Positions 9,062 to 18,297 of a stretch of 40,975 bases of DNA are shown one piece after another. Numbering within the stretch: the stretch's first letter is position 1; the number at the start of each line of letters is the position of its first letter. The stretch is taken from positions 1-40,975 of the forward strand of contig CAVHZB010000011.1 of NCBI GenBank assembly GCA_963640555.1, in the 5' to 3' direction. Source of the DNA: Phascolarctobacterium succinatutens. Its GTDB lineage: Bacteria > Bacillota > Clostridia > Oscillospirales > Oscillospiraceae. A model generated the notes under the pieces. The model had not been told where the DNA came from, ran no database searches, and saw nothing but the letters and a program-made list of their open reading frames with translations. A program made the position numbers and the translations under genes.

Positions 9062-10504
9062 ATGATAATGGCAAAGGACAAAAAGGTTGAACAGATAACC
9101 GATATGGAGCAGGACTTCGCACAGTGGTTTACCGATGTGTGCACCAAGGCGGAGCTTGTCGATTACTCCGGCGTTAAGGGACTTTTCATCCTGCGCCCTT
9201 ACGGTTACGCTATTTGGGAAAACATCCAGAGGGAGCTTGACAGGATGTTCAAGGAGGGCGGACACGAGAATGTTTCCATGCCCATGCTCATTCCCGAAAG
9301 CCTTCTGCAGAAGGAGAAGGATCATGTCGAGGGCTTTGCGCCCGAGTGCGCATGGGTCACGGTCGGCGGCTCGGAGGAGCTAACCGAGAGGCTGTGCATC
9401 CGTCCGACCTCCGAAACTCTTTTCTGCGATCACTGGAGCCACACGGTGCATTCGTGGCGCGATCTGCCGATGCTCTACAATCAGTGGTGCTCCGTTCTGC
9501 GCTGGGAAAAGACGACCCGTCCGTTCCTTCGCGGCAGGGAATTTCTCTGGCAGGAGGGACACACGCTGCACGAAACGGAGGCCGAGGCGCGCGAGGAAAC
9601 GCTGCATCAGCTTGAGGTCTATGCGGACCTTTGCGAAAATTACCTTGCAATGCCGGTCATCCGCGGCAACAAGACCGAGAAGGAGAAATTTGCCGGAGCC
9701 GTTAACACCTACACCATCGAGTGCATGATGCACGACCACAAGGCGCTCCAATCCGGTACGAGCCACTACTTCGGCACCGGCTTTGCCGAGCAGTTCAACA
9801 TCACCTTCACCGACCGCGAAAACAAGCAGCAGTATCCTCACCAGACCTCATGGGGTCTTTCCACCCGCGTCATCGGCGGCATCATCATGACCCACGGCGA
9901 CAACAACGGGCTCGTTCTGCCTCCGCGTATAGCGCCCGTACAGGTGATCGTGGTTCCCGTTGCGCAGCATAAGCCCGGCGTTACCGAAAAGGCAAACGAG
10001 CTTTACGCCCGTCTCAAGGCAGCCGGTATCAGGGTCAAGATAGACCTCAGTGACAACAGCCTCGGCTGGAAGTGCGCACAGTATGAAATGAAGGGCGTTC
10101 CCCTGCGCATTGAGCTCGGCCCCCGCGATATTGAAAACGGCGTTTGCGTTGCGGTAAGGCGCGATAACGGCGAGAAGCTCACCGTGGACATCGGCGAGCT
10201 TGAGGCGAGGATCCCCGTCCTGCTCGATGCCGTGCAGCAGGGTCTGTTCGACAAGGCAAAGAAGAATCTCGACGAGCACATCTTTGAGGCTCACTCTCTT
10301 GAGGAGGCAAAGCAGCTTCAGGAGGAAAAGGGCGGCTTCATAAAGACCATGTGGTGCGGCGAGCTTGAGTGCGAAATGAAGATGAAGGAGCAGGCGGGCA
10401 TGTCCTCGCGCTGCATCCCCTTCAAGCAGGAAAACCTCGGCGATACCTGCCCGATCTGCGGCAAAAAGGCAAAGCACATGATCTACTGGGGTGTAGCCTA
10501 CTGA
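9062..10504 (+). CDS. proS: Proline--tRNA ligase (archaeal/eukaryote-like type without the INS editing domain)
   Basis: 480-aa class II aaRS. The C-terminal domain has CPICGKKAK and ends in ...YWGVAY (terminal Tyr). An AAGGAG SD is present. Confidence 0.92.
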   Translation: MIMAKDKKVEQITDMEQDFAQWFTDVCTKAELVDYSGVKGLFILRPYGYAIWENIQRELDRMFKEGGHENVSMPMLIPESLLQKEKDHVEGFAPECAWVTVGGSEELTERLCIRPTSETLFCDHWSHTVHSWRDLPMLYNQWCSVLRWEKTTRPFLRGREFLWQEGHTLHETEAEAREETLHQLEVYADLCENYLAMPVIRGNKTEKEKFAGAVNTYTIECMMHDHKALQSGTSHYFGTGFAEQFNITFTDRENKQQYPHQTSWGLSTRVIGGIIMTHGDNNGLVLPPRIAPVQVIVVPVAQHKPGVTEKANELYARLKAAGIRVKIDLSDNSLGWKCAQYEMKGVPLRIELGPRDIENGVCVAVRRDNGEKLTVDIGELEARIPVLLDAVQQGLFDKAKKNLDEHIFEAHSLEEAKQLQEEKGGFIKTMWCGELECEMKMKEQAGMSSRCIPFKQENLGDTCPICGKKAKHMIYWGVAY

Positions 10505-11976
10505 TGAAAAGATTTTTGTGCGCATTTATGGCGCTTGTGATGGTGCTCGGTCTGTGCGGCTGCAATTCCGCAAAAATAGTCTCACCCAACAAGGCATCGG
10601 GCAGCGCGGAGCTGCTGAACGATGCCACCGAGCGCATGTATGTATACATGCTCGCAAAGCTGCGCGAGTTCGGCGATTTCAAGCCCGTTTTCTATCGCTA
10701 TGACTACGACTGCGACGGCACCGCCGACTGGATGATAAGATACCCCGGAGACCCGCATGATTTCTGGGTGCTCCTGCCCGGCGGACACATGGATACGCAC
10801 ATTCAGATCCTGTTCAACTGGGGCGTCGGCACGCTTGAGATGAGCTATTCGAACGCGAACAAAAGGATCTACGCGACAAACGAATTCAAGGACAGCGTGA
10901 CCACCTTCTGCTTCGACGGACAGGCGCACGACTACTGTGCCTCCGTTTCGCGCGACTATGAGTTCGGCGACAACGGGCTCAATTACTTTAATTGCAGCTA
11001 CTCCGTTGAGGGTAATACGGCTACCGAGGAGGAGTATAACTCGTATCTCCGGCAGCTTGAGCTCATACCCGTTGTACAGCTTGACGGCATCGGCTATGAC
11101 GAGCTCATGCCCGATGTTCCTCAGGACATGCTGCCCGCTCTGGCGGAGAATATATCTCAGTTTCCGTTCGTCACGAGCGTCGTCAGCGGAGATTCGGACA
11201 GCGACGGCATTGAAGATTACCTGTTCTATATCGGATACGAAACTACCTCAGATGATGTTACCTGCCCCGCCGGCACCACAGTCACGGCTTACGAATGCGG
11301 GAATGTCGGACGCAGCTCTAACATATGGTCATGGAGCGAGTCGACTGTTTTCTCGCTCAGCTCCGGAACCGGCAGCATGCTTTCTTCGCTGACTCCGTAT
11401 GAGGCGGATGCTCTGGCATTCAAGGCCTCGGTCTCGACCGTTGACGGTGCGCAGGAGCTCGTCGACGCGATAGTCGATACATGGACCGACGCCGACACCA
11501 GTCAGCTGCTCACCTTCGGCGACGACGGTATCTACTCCGGAAAGCTCGCACAGCTCGGCACATGGAGACCCACCGCCGCAAATGAGATAACGCTCGATGA
11601 CGGCACCGTTTACACCGTGAGCCTTTCGCACGGCGACGGTACGAAGCTCGATATTCTCACACTGACCTCCGACAGCGGCACGCGCAGGCTTTTCCGCGGC
11701 AAGTATTTAAACTATAAGGTCACGCTCATCGGCACATGGGAGTCCGATGACGGTCAGACGCGCATCACTCTGTACGATGACGACACCTATTATGCCGAGC
11801 AGTCTGGCTTCCCGTCGAAGGGCTCATGGTATTTCGACAACGAAAGCGTCACTCTCGTGCCCGCCGACGGCGACGGCGGATTTATCGGGCAGCCGTGGCA
11901 GTTAGGCTACCGGGAGACGATGATGTACGGCTATTACAACGACGGCAGTGATCTGTATCTCCAAAGGGTCTCATAA
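10504..11976 (+). CDS. Lipoprotein of unknown function (DxDxDG loops plus C-terminal GxW lipocalin-like modules)
   Basis: ATG 10504 shares its A with the proS TGA (TGATG). The signal peptide [20 protein letters not shown] has an L-G-L-C lipobox. It contains DYDCDGTADW and DSDSDGIEDY loops and two GTW-initiated modules near the C-terminus. Confidence 0.8.
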   Translation: MKRFLCAFMALVMVLGLCGCNSAKIVSPNKASGSAELLNDATERMYVYMLAKLREFGDFKPVFYRYDYDCDGTADWMIRYPGDPHDFWVLLPGGHMDTHIQILFNWGVGTLEMSYSNANKRIYATNEFKDSVTTFCFDGQAHDYCASVSRDYEFGDNGLNYFNCSYSVEGNTATEEEYNSYLRQLELIPVVQLDGIGYDELMPDVPQDMLPALAENISQFPFVTSVVSGDSDSDGIEDYLFYIGYETTSDDVTCPAGTTVTAYECGNVGRSSNIWSWSESTVFSLSSGTGSMLSSLTPYEADALAFKASVSTVDGAQELVDAIVDTWTDADTSQLLTFGDDGIYSGKLAQLGTWRPTAANEITLDDGTVYTVSLSHGDGTKLDILTLTSDSGTRRLFRGKYLNYKVTLIGTWESDDGQTRITLYDDDTYYAEQSGFPSKGSWYFDNESVTLVPADGDGGFIGQPWQLGYRETMMYGYYNDGSDLYLQRVS

Positions 11977-12025
11977 AAATTTACCCTCCGGCGCTTGAAC
12001 GGGAACGGAAAAAGTCAATGGCAGT

Positions 12026-12067
12026 CCCCCTGATGTAGGATAACGATCACATCAGGGGGCTTTTCTT
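12026..12067 (+). terminator. Intrinsic terminator after the lipoprotein gene
   Basis: CCCCCTGATGT, a 12-nt loop, ACATCAGGGGG, followed by CTTTTCTT. Confidence 0.8.
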
Positions 12068-12095
12068 GACTTTGCCGAGCAGTCAATGTTATAGT
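12066..12095 (+). promoter_or_regulatory. Sigma-A promoter of the NSS transporter gene (extended -10)
   Basis: TTGACT, an 18-nt spacer, then TGtTATAGT. Confidence 0.65.
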
Positions 12096-12138
12096 ATTGA
12101 CCGGTGTATCAAAAAAAGAGAGAGCAAGGTAAAAAGCA

Positions 12139-13485
12139 ATGGAGAGAAACGACTCGCATCACACGCGCGACGGCTTCCGCAGCCGCAGCGGATTTATAAT
12201 CGCATGCATAGGCTCCGCGGTGGGAATGGGAAACATATGGCGCTTTCCCATGCTGGTGTCCACTTGGGGAGGACTGACATTTCTCATTCCGTACTTCATC
12301 TTCGTGACGCTGATAGCATCCACCGGTGTTATAGGTGAGTTTGCCCTCGGCAGAGCGGGAGGAGCCGGACCTATGGGCTCGTTCGGAATGTGCACCGAGC
12401 TGAGATACGGTAATCGCAGGCTGGGCGAACGCATAGGCTATCTGCCTATCCTCGGCTCGATGGCGCTTGCGATCGGCTACACCTGCGTCATGGGCTGGAT
12501 ATTCAAGTACACCTTCATGTCCTTTTCCGGCGAGCTGCTCGAAATGGGACAGGACATGGATCTCATAGCCGGCACCTTCGGCGCGACGGCAAGCGCGTGG
12601 GGCGCAAACCTCTGGATAATCATCGCCATCGCCGTAAGCTTTGCCATCATGTCCTTCGGCATAGCCGACGGCATAGAAAAGGCCAACAAGCTCATGATGC
12701 CGATACTGTTTGTGCTGTTTATTGCGCTGGGTGTGTATGTTTTCACGCTCGCGGGCTCGTCTGAGGGCTATAAGTATATCCTCACGATAGATCCCGAGGG
12801 TCTTGCAGAGCCGAAGCTGTGGATCTACGCCTTCGGTCAGGCGTTTTTCTCGCTTTCGGTCGCAGGCAACGGCAGCGTTATCTACGGCTCTTATCTGAGC
12901 AAGGATGAGTGCATCCCGTCCTCGGCGCGCAATGTTGCGGTGTTTGACACTCTGGCGGCACTGCTTGCGGCGTTTGTCATAATCCCCGCCATGGCTACGG
13001 GCGGTGCGCAGCTTGATTCCGGAGGTCCCGGTCTCATGTTCATCTACCTCGTCAATGTCATAAACGGCATGGCGGGCGGACGCATAGTCGGCATGGCATT
13101 TTTCGTCTGCGTCGCCTTTGCCGGTCTGACTTCGATAATAAATCTCTATGAAGCGCCGGTGGCGTTCCTGCAGGAAAAGTTCAGACTCAGGCGCGTTCAC
13201 GCAACTGCCGTTATCCATGTCATCGGCTGTGGTGCCGCGCTGTGCATACAGGCAATAGTATCGCAGTGGATGGATATCGTGTCCATTTACATCTGCCCGC
13301 TGGGCGCGCTGCTTGCGGCGATCATGTTTTTCTGGGTCGGTGGCAAGAAGCTCGTGCTTGAGAGCGTGAATCTCGGCGCGAGAAAGCCGATAGGAAGCTG
13401 GTATTATCCCATGGGCAAATATGTCTACTGTGCCTGTGCGCTCATCGCGCTGATTGCCGGAGCCGCCCTTGGCGGTATCGGATGA
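12139..13485 (+). CDS. Sodium-dependent transporter, neurotransmitter:sodium symporter (NSS/SNF) family
   Basis: 448-aa polytopic ORF with the hallmark GSAVGMGNIWRFP motif near the N-terminus. Confidence 0.9.
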   Translation: MERNDSHHTRDGFRSRSGFIIACIGSAVGMGNIWRFPMLVSTWGGLTFLIPYFIFVTLIASTGVIGEFALGRAGGAGPMGSFGMCTELRYGNRRLGERIGYLPILGSMALAIGYTCVMGWIFKYTFMSFSGELLEMGQDMDLIAGTFGATASAWGANLWIIIAIAVSFAIMSFGIADGIEKANKLMMPILFVLFIALGVYVFTLAGSSEGYKYILTIDPEGLAEPKLWIYAFGQAFFSLSVAGNGSVIYGSYLSKDECIPSSARNVAVFDTLAALLAAFVIIPAMATGGAQLDSGGPGLMFIYLVNVINGMAGGRIVGMAFFVCVAFAGLTSIINLYEAPVAFLQEKFRLRRVHATAVIHVIGCGAALCIQAIVSQWMDIVSIYICPLGALLAAIMFFWVGGKKLVLESVNLGARKPIGSWYYPMGKYVYCACALIALIAGAALGGIG

Positions 13486-13503
13486 TAAAGGCGATACAAA
13501 CGG

Positions 13504-13534
13504 AAAAACTCCGGTCTGAACGACCGGAGTTTTG
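13504..13534. terminator. Bidirectional terminator between the convergent NSS and LysR genes
   Basis: AAAAA-CTCCGGTC-tgaac-GACCGGAG-TTTT. Confidence 0.8.
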
Positions 13535-13539
13535 TGCAT

Positions 13540-14412
13540 TCAGGGCATATGCCCGATATTCTCCGTGATGCAGTCTATGAACTTACGGCTTGCCAGCGCG
13601 AGCGCCCGCTTGTCCTTTACAACTATGCTCATGGTTCTGATTATTGGCGGGACTATAGGCACGGAGACTATGTCGTATCCCGTCTTTTTCAGCACCAGTT
13701 CGGTCAGAATCGAGAATCCGAACCCCTGCTCGACCATGGACATAATGGAATAGTCGTCATGTGCGCGCAGCCGTATATTCGGAGTGATTCCCGCGGCACT
13801 GAACGCCTCGAGCGGCTCACTGTACGAGCCCTCCTCGAGAAGAATGAATGGCTCCTGTGCCAGTTCCTCAAGCATGACCGACCTGCGCTGCGCGAGGGCG
13901 TGCCCGCGCGGAAGCACCGCCCTGAACTCGTCGGAGCGGATCACGGCAGTAGTTTCGAGTCCCTTGACTGCGTGGGGATTTACGAAGCCGAAATCGACAA
14001 AGCCGGTTTGCACCCATTCCTGAATGCTCGAATAATCGCCCTGATGAAGAATGATCTCAATGTTGGGGTGTACCCTCCAAAAATCCTTTATGACAGCGGG
14101 CAGCAGGTGACAGGAAATGCTGGACACCGTTCCGATCCTGACAGTGCCGGTTTCGAGCCCACAGAGCTCGCCGGCTGTCTGCTTCATAAGCTCAAACTGC
14201 GTGACGGCGTCCCGTATAGGTGCGATCATCTTTTCACCCTCGGGTGTAAGACGAACGCCGTGGCGTGATCGGTAAAGCAGCTTCATGGAAAGCTCTTTCT
14301 CCAATGAAGCTATCATCTGGCTCAGCGCCGGCTGAGTATATCCCAGAAGCTTAGCCGCTTTTGTGAAGCTGCCTGCCTCCGTTATCTTTAGAAAAGCAAT
14401 ATATCTGTACAT
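13540..14412 (-). CDS. LysR-family transcriptional regulator
   Basis: 290 aa. N-terminal wHTH (FLKITEAGSFTKAAKLLGYTQPALSQMIASLE) followed by a LysR substrate-binding domain. Confidence 0.9.
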   Translation of the reverse strand: MYRYIAFLKITEAGSFTKAAKLLGYTQPALSQMIASLEKELSMKLLYRSRHGVRLTPEGEKMIAPIRDAVTQFELMKQTAGELCGLETGTVRIGTVSSISCHLLPAVIKDFWRVHPNIEIILHQGDYSSIQEWVQTGFVDFGFVNPHAVKGLETTAVIRSDEFRAVLPRGHALAQRRSVMLEELAQEPFILLEEGSYSEPLEAFSAAGITPNIRLRAHDDYSIMSMVEQGFGFSILTELVLKKTGYDIVSVPIVPPIIRTMSIVVKDKRALALASRKFIDCITENIGHMP

Positions 14413-14452
14413 TTATATAACCTTTTCGCATATTAAAATAAAAAATATCAAT

Positions 14453-14481
14453 TTTACTTATGTATGCTCCGATTATATAAT
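14453..14481 (+). promoter_or_regulatory. Candidate promoter of the thioesterase gene in the AT-rich LysR divergent region
   Basis: TTTACT, a 17-nt spacer, then TATAAT. Confidence 0.5.
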
Positions 14482-14542
14482 ACGCAGCAGAGGAATGCAA
14501 GACAATGCACCTTTAAAAACAGAGAACGGAGGATGTACCACA

Positions 14543-14962
14543 GTGGAAAACGGAAAGCTTTACGAAAGAATAGCGACAAGCTTTGCAAAACAGAGCTTTC
14601 TTTCAACGATAGGGGCAAGCCTCGAGAGCGTTGAAAACGGTAAGGTCGTTATTTCATGCGTCAGCAGACCCGATCTTACCCAGCAGAACGGTTTTATGCA
14701 CGCCGGAGTGATAAGCACCGTCGCCGATGTCGCTTGCGGCTATGCCGCGATGAGCACGGCTCCCGAGGGTTGCAATGTTATGAGTGTTGAGTTCAAAATG
14801 AACCTTATGCGTCCGATGACGGGCAAACGCCTGACGGTAGCCGGCAGCGTGGTGAAAAGCGGTAAAACACTGACGGTGACCGAGGCGGAGGCGGTCGATG
14901 CCGACTCGGGAAAAACGGTGGCAAAAATGCTGAGTACAATGATAATCGCAGCCGAAAAGTGA
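14543..14962 (+). CDS. PaaI-family (hotdog-fold) thioesterase
   Basis: Contains ...NGFMHAGVISTVADVACGYAA... and is of typical PaaI/4HBT length. I prefer GTG 14543 as the start (GGAGGA SD 9 nt upstream, giving 139 aa). ATG 14495 is the alternative, but it has no spaced SD and lies only a few nt from the predicted transcription start. Confidence 0.8.
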   Translation: MENGKLYERIATSFAKQSFLSTIGASLESVENGKVVISCVSRPDLTQQNGFMHAGVISTVADVACGYAAMSTAPEGCNVMSVEFKMNLMRPMTGKRLTVAGSVVKSGKTLTVTEAEAVDADSGKTVAKMLSTMIIAAEK

Positions 14963-15018
14963 AATGGGAGCTCATCTGCGGAGCGAGCCTGCTTATTGCT
15001 GTATTCGTATTCATAACG

Positions 15019-15046
15019 AAAACCGGAGCGTTTGCTCCGGTTTTTA
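15019..15046. terminator. Bidirectional terminator between convergent genes
   Basis: AAAACCGGAGC-gttt-GCTCCGGTTTT followed by TAC. Confidence 0.8.
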
Positions 15047-15394
15047 CTATTTGAACAGATATTCGCTTGCTTCAACGGCAGGGAGAAGATTTTCTGTGTC
15101 AACGAGCTCGGAAATGTTCTCAGCCGGTGTTATCTCGCATTCAACGAGCGGGTTTACACCGCCATTGAAGGCGCCGCTCATAACGCTTGGCTTATCCACC
15201 GGCAGCACTCTGCGCCCGTTTTCGCAGATGAAATACAGGCGGTAGTCAACATCGTGCCCGCTCGTGGCGTGCAGGGCGAGCTGCCCTAAAAGCGGGTACA
15301 TCTGCTCGAACATCTCGGCCTGTGTAACCTCCAGAAGTCTGACCTCACCGGCGGTCTCCGGCTGCCGTCCTATCCATTTTTTTATTATTCTCAT
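15047..15394 (-). CDS. Hypothetical cytoplasmic protein (115 aa)
   Basis: ATG 15394 has a GAGGTGA SD. No family recognised. Confidence 0.6.
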   Translation of the reverse strand: MRIIKKWIGRQPETAGEVRLLEVTQAEMFEQMYPLLGQLALHATSGHDVDYRLYFICENGRRVLPVDKPSVMSGAFNGGVNPLVECEITPAENISELVDTENLLPAVEASEYLFK

Positions 15395-15502
15395 TGCGCT
15401 CACCTCGCATTTTCTTTGAGCGTACATCGTTTAAGCTGCGCTGTCAACGGCAAAAAGGAAATAACGGCACTCAGCGGTCATACCATATACCGAGGTGATG
15501 GT

Positions 15503-16633
15503 ATGAGAATTTATATTGTCAGGCGGGGAGACAGCCTGTATTCGATAGCAAAAAGCAGCGGCAGCACGGTGCAGGAGCTTTCGCAGCTCAACCAGCTTGC
15601 CGACCCCTCGCGGCTGAGTATAGGTCAGGCGATAGTCATACCCGACGGCGGCAGTCCCGACGGCAGCATCGAGATAAACGGCTATGCCTACCCGAGCATC
15701 GGCGCGCAGACGCTCGGCGAGGTACTGCCGCAGCTTACATACCTGTGCCCGTTTTCGTGGCACATTGACGCTCTCGGCGGCATAACGCCGATATCGGATG
15801 AGCAGATGATAAAGGCGGCATGGGAAAGCAGCTGCGCTCCCCTGCTGACGCTGACGAACATCGGCGTAAACGGCGGATTTTCCGGAGATATTGCCCACAG
15901 CATTTTTACGGACACGGCCGCACAGGATGCCCTGATGGAAAACATATCAGCCGTACTGCGCAGCCGCGGCTACTACGGAGTCAATCTCAACATCGAGTAT
16001 GTTCAGCCCTATGACCGCGAGAGCTATAATGCCTTTTTGAAGCGCACAAGCGAGGTGCTGCACGCTGACGGCTATATACTTTCGAGCACCGTTGCCCCGA
16101 AGGTATCCGACGAGCAGTACGGCGTGCTGTACACCGCGCACGACTATGACCGCCACGGCAGCTTCTGCGACCGCGTCGTCATCATGACCTACGAGTGGGG
16201 CTATACCTACTCCTCACCGCGTGCGGTGTCGCCGGTGAACGAGATGCGGAGGGTGATAGAATACGCGGTGACGAAAATTCCGCCGTCAAAGATACTGCTC
16301 GGCTTTTCAAACTACGGCTACAACTGGAGCCTGCCGTGGCGGCAGGGTCAGCCCGCGTCCGTCATATCAAACGCCGCAGCCGCGGATCTCGCAGCGTCGG
16401 TATTCGCGCAGATAAAATTTGACGACACGGCGAAGGCGCCGTATTTTAACTATACCGACCCTTCGGGGGTAAAGCATGAGGTGTGGTTCGAGGACGCAAG
16501 AAGCACGGCCGCGCGCCTTGCTCTCGTGCGGGAATACGGACTTGCCGGAATAAGCATATGGACTGTAAACACGCAAAATCGTGCGGGCTTTGCCGTTATC
16601 GAGAGCACCTTTGAAACCGAAAAAATAGTTTGA
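15503..16633 (+). CDS. LysM domain plus glycoside hydrolase family 18 (YaaH/YdhD/SleL-type spore peptidoglycan hydrolase-like)
   Basis: ATG 15503 has a GAGGTGA SD. The N-terminal LysM is YIVRRGDSLYSIAKSSGSTVQELSQLNQL. The GH18 core has a catalytic-region motif GVNLNIEY. Confidence 0.85.
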   Translation: MRIYIVRRGDSLYSIAKSSGSTVQELSQLNQLADPSRLSIGQAIVIPDGGSPDGSIEINGYAYPSIGAQTLGEVLPQLTYLCPFSWHIDALGGITPISDEQMIKAAWESSCAPLLTLTNIGVNGGFSGDIAHSIFTDTAAQDALMENISAVLRSRGYYGVNLNIEYVQPYDRESYNAFLKRTSEVLHADGYILSSTVAPKVSDEQYGVLYTAHDYDRHGSFCDRVVIMTYEWGYTYSSPRAVSPVNEMRRVIEYAVTKIPPSKILLGFSNYGYNWSLPWRQGQPASVISNAAAADLAASVFAQIKFDDTAKAPYFNYTDPSGVKHEVWFEDARSTAARLALVREYGLAGISIWTVNTQNRAGFAVIESTFETEKIV

Positions 16634-16640
16634 CAGCGCA

Positions 16641-16666
16641 AAAACCGCTCCGGTCGGAGCGGTTTT
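16641..16666. terminator. Bidirectional terminator between convergent genes
   Basis: AAAACCGCTCCG-gt-CGGAGCGGTTTT. Confidence 0.8.
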
Positions 16667-16672
16667 TAAGTC

Positions 16673-18067
16673 TTATTTGCCGAGGCGCTCGGATATGACC
16701 TGCGCGACCTTGACGCCGGAGGCCGCCGCCTGAGCGAGTCCGCGGGTAATGCCCGCACCGTCGCCGATGGCGAAGAAGTTTGAAAACTTCGTTTCCAGCT
16801 CATCCGAGAGCTCAAGGCGCGAGGAGTAGAACTTGACCTCGGCACCGTACAGGAGCGTGTCGTAATTTGCAGTGCCCGGAGCGATCTTGTCCAGAGCATA
16901 GATCATTTCGATTATATCGTCAAGCTGCCGCTTGGGGAGCGCAAGGCTCAGATCGCCCGGGACCGCTGCGGTGAGCGTGGGACGGGTGTAGGACTGTGCC
17001 AGACGGTGCTCGTTTGTGCGAACGCCCTTTACGAGATCGCCGAAGCGCTGGACCAGAACTCCGCCGGAGAGCATATTGCTCAGCGAGGCTATGTGCTTGC
17101 CGTAGCGGTAGGGCTGATCGAAGGGCTCGGTGAAGCGGTTCGATACCAGAAGCGCAAAATTTGTATTCGCGCTTCTGAGCGCAGGATCGGAGTAGGAATG
17201 ACCGTTGACGGTGTTTATGCCCTCTACATTTTCCGCGACAACATGACCGTAGGGGTTCATGCAGAAGGTGCGGACCTTGTCGCCGTACTGCTTGGTGCGG
17301 TATATGAGCTTCGACTCGTAGACGACATCGGTTATATGCTCAAACACCGTTGCCGGCAGCTCAACGCGAACACCGACATCGACCTGATTGTTTATGAGCT
17401 TAACGCCGAGCTTGCGGCACTGCTCTGAGAACCACTCCGCGCCGCTTCTGCCGGGCGCGACGACGAGGTATGAGCAGCCTATCGCGTCGCCGTTTCTGAG
17501 TGCAAGCTCATAGCCGTTATCCGCACGGTCTATCGAAATGACCTCGGTGCGGAAGCGGTATTCTATGACCTTGCGCAGGTCCTCGTACATATTCTGAAGG
17601 ATGCGGAGATTGTTCTCCGTTCCGAGGTGCTTTACCTTTGCCTGCAGAAGATGCAGGTCGTATTTGAGCGCCTCGCGCTCGAGAGCTCTCGCCTCGGGCG
17701 TGTCGGTAGAAAAGGTCTTGTCGGTAGCGCCGTATTTCATATTGACCGTGTCGACATAGTTTATAAGCTCCATGACCTCGTCGTCATCCATAAAATCGGT
17801 CAGCCAGCCGCCGAACTGGGTCGTGAAGTTATATTTGCCGTCGGAAAATGCGCCCGCGCCGCCGAAGCCGCACATCGTATCGCACACGCTGCAATGGATG
17901 CATTCCCTGACCTTTCCCGCAACGATGGGACAGTGGCGCGAGTATATGTCGCCGCCCTGATCGAGCACACAGATCTTCAGCTCCGGATGGCGGGCGATAA
18001 GCTCATATCCGGCAAAAATGCCGGCAGTACCGCAGCCGATTATCGCAACATCGTAATTATTTTTCAT
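16673..18067 (-). CDS. FAD-dependent oxidoreductase (COG2509-like) with an embedded CxxCxxCxxxC motif
   Basis: ATG 18067 (MKNNYDVAIIGCGTAGIFAG, a Rossmann GxGxxG) has a GGGAGTGA SD. It contains ECIHCSVCDTMCG, and the C-terminus has FAIGDGAG. Confidence 0.85.
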   Translation of the reverse strand: MKNNYDVAIIGCGTAGIFAGYELIARHPELKICVLDQGGDIYSRHCPIVAGKVRECIHCSVCDTMCGFGGAGAFSDGKYNFTTQFGGWLTDFMDDDEVMELINYVDTVNMKYGATDKTFSTDTPEARALEREALKYDLHLLQAKVKHLGTENNLRILQNMYEDLRKVIEYRFRTEVISIDRADNGYELALRNGDAIGCSYLVVAPGRSGAEWFSEQCRKLGVKLINNQVDVGVRVELPATVFEHITDVVYESKLIYRTKQYGDKVRTFCMNPYGHVVAENVEGINTVNGHSYSDPALRSANTNFALLVSNRFTEPFDQPYRYGKHIASLSNMLSGGVLVQRFGDLVKGVRTNEHRLAQSYTRPTLTAAVPGDLSLALPKRQLDDIIEMIYALDKIAPGTANYDTLLYGAEVKFYSSRLELSDELETKFSNFFAIGDGAGITRGLAQAAASGVKVAQVISERLGK

Positions 18068-18215
18068 GGTATTCACTCCCGCAAAAATTATGGGCACAAA
18101 ACAGCCTTGCGTATTATAAGGATTTCATGAGGCAGAGTAATTAATAAACTGTAAATTTTCTGCGTATACCGTCAAGATTACGGACACTTGCGGCGCTATG
18201 TGTATCGCCGGCAAC

Positions 18216-18244
18216 TTGACGGGAATTTAAAATGTCGCTAAAAT
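18216..18244 (+). promoter_or_regulatory. Sigma-A promoter of the glycolipid-type operon
   Basis: TTGACG, a 17-nt spacer, then TAAAAT, about 55 nt upstream of ATG 18298. Confidence 0.65.
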
Positions 18245-18297
18245 ATGAAGGTATTGATCACGGATCGAAACGGCAATAAAATTCACGGAGGGAACAA

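Noticed and set aside
10369-10503. An upstream extension of the lipoprotein ORF inside proS
   Set aside because: The extension overlaps the well-supported proS C-terminus in another frame. The signal peptide and lipobox begin exactly at ATG 10504.
12109-13539. A 476-aa ORF antisense to the NSS transporter gene
   Set aside because: Its translation is Arg/Ala/His-rich and low in complexity, with no recognisable motif. The plus-strand frame carries the diagnostic GMGNIWRFP motif and has a promoter and a terminator. Long open antisense frames are expected in GC3-biased coding DNA.
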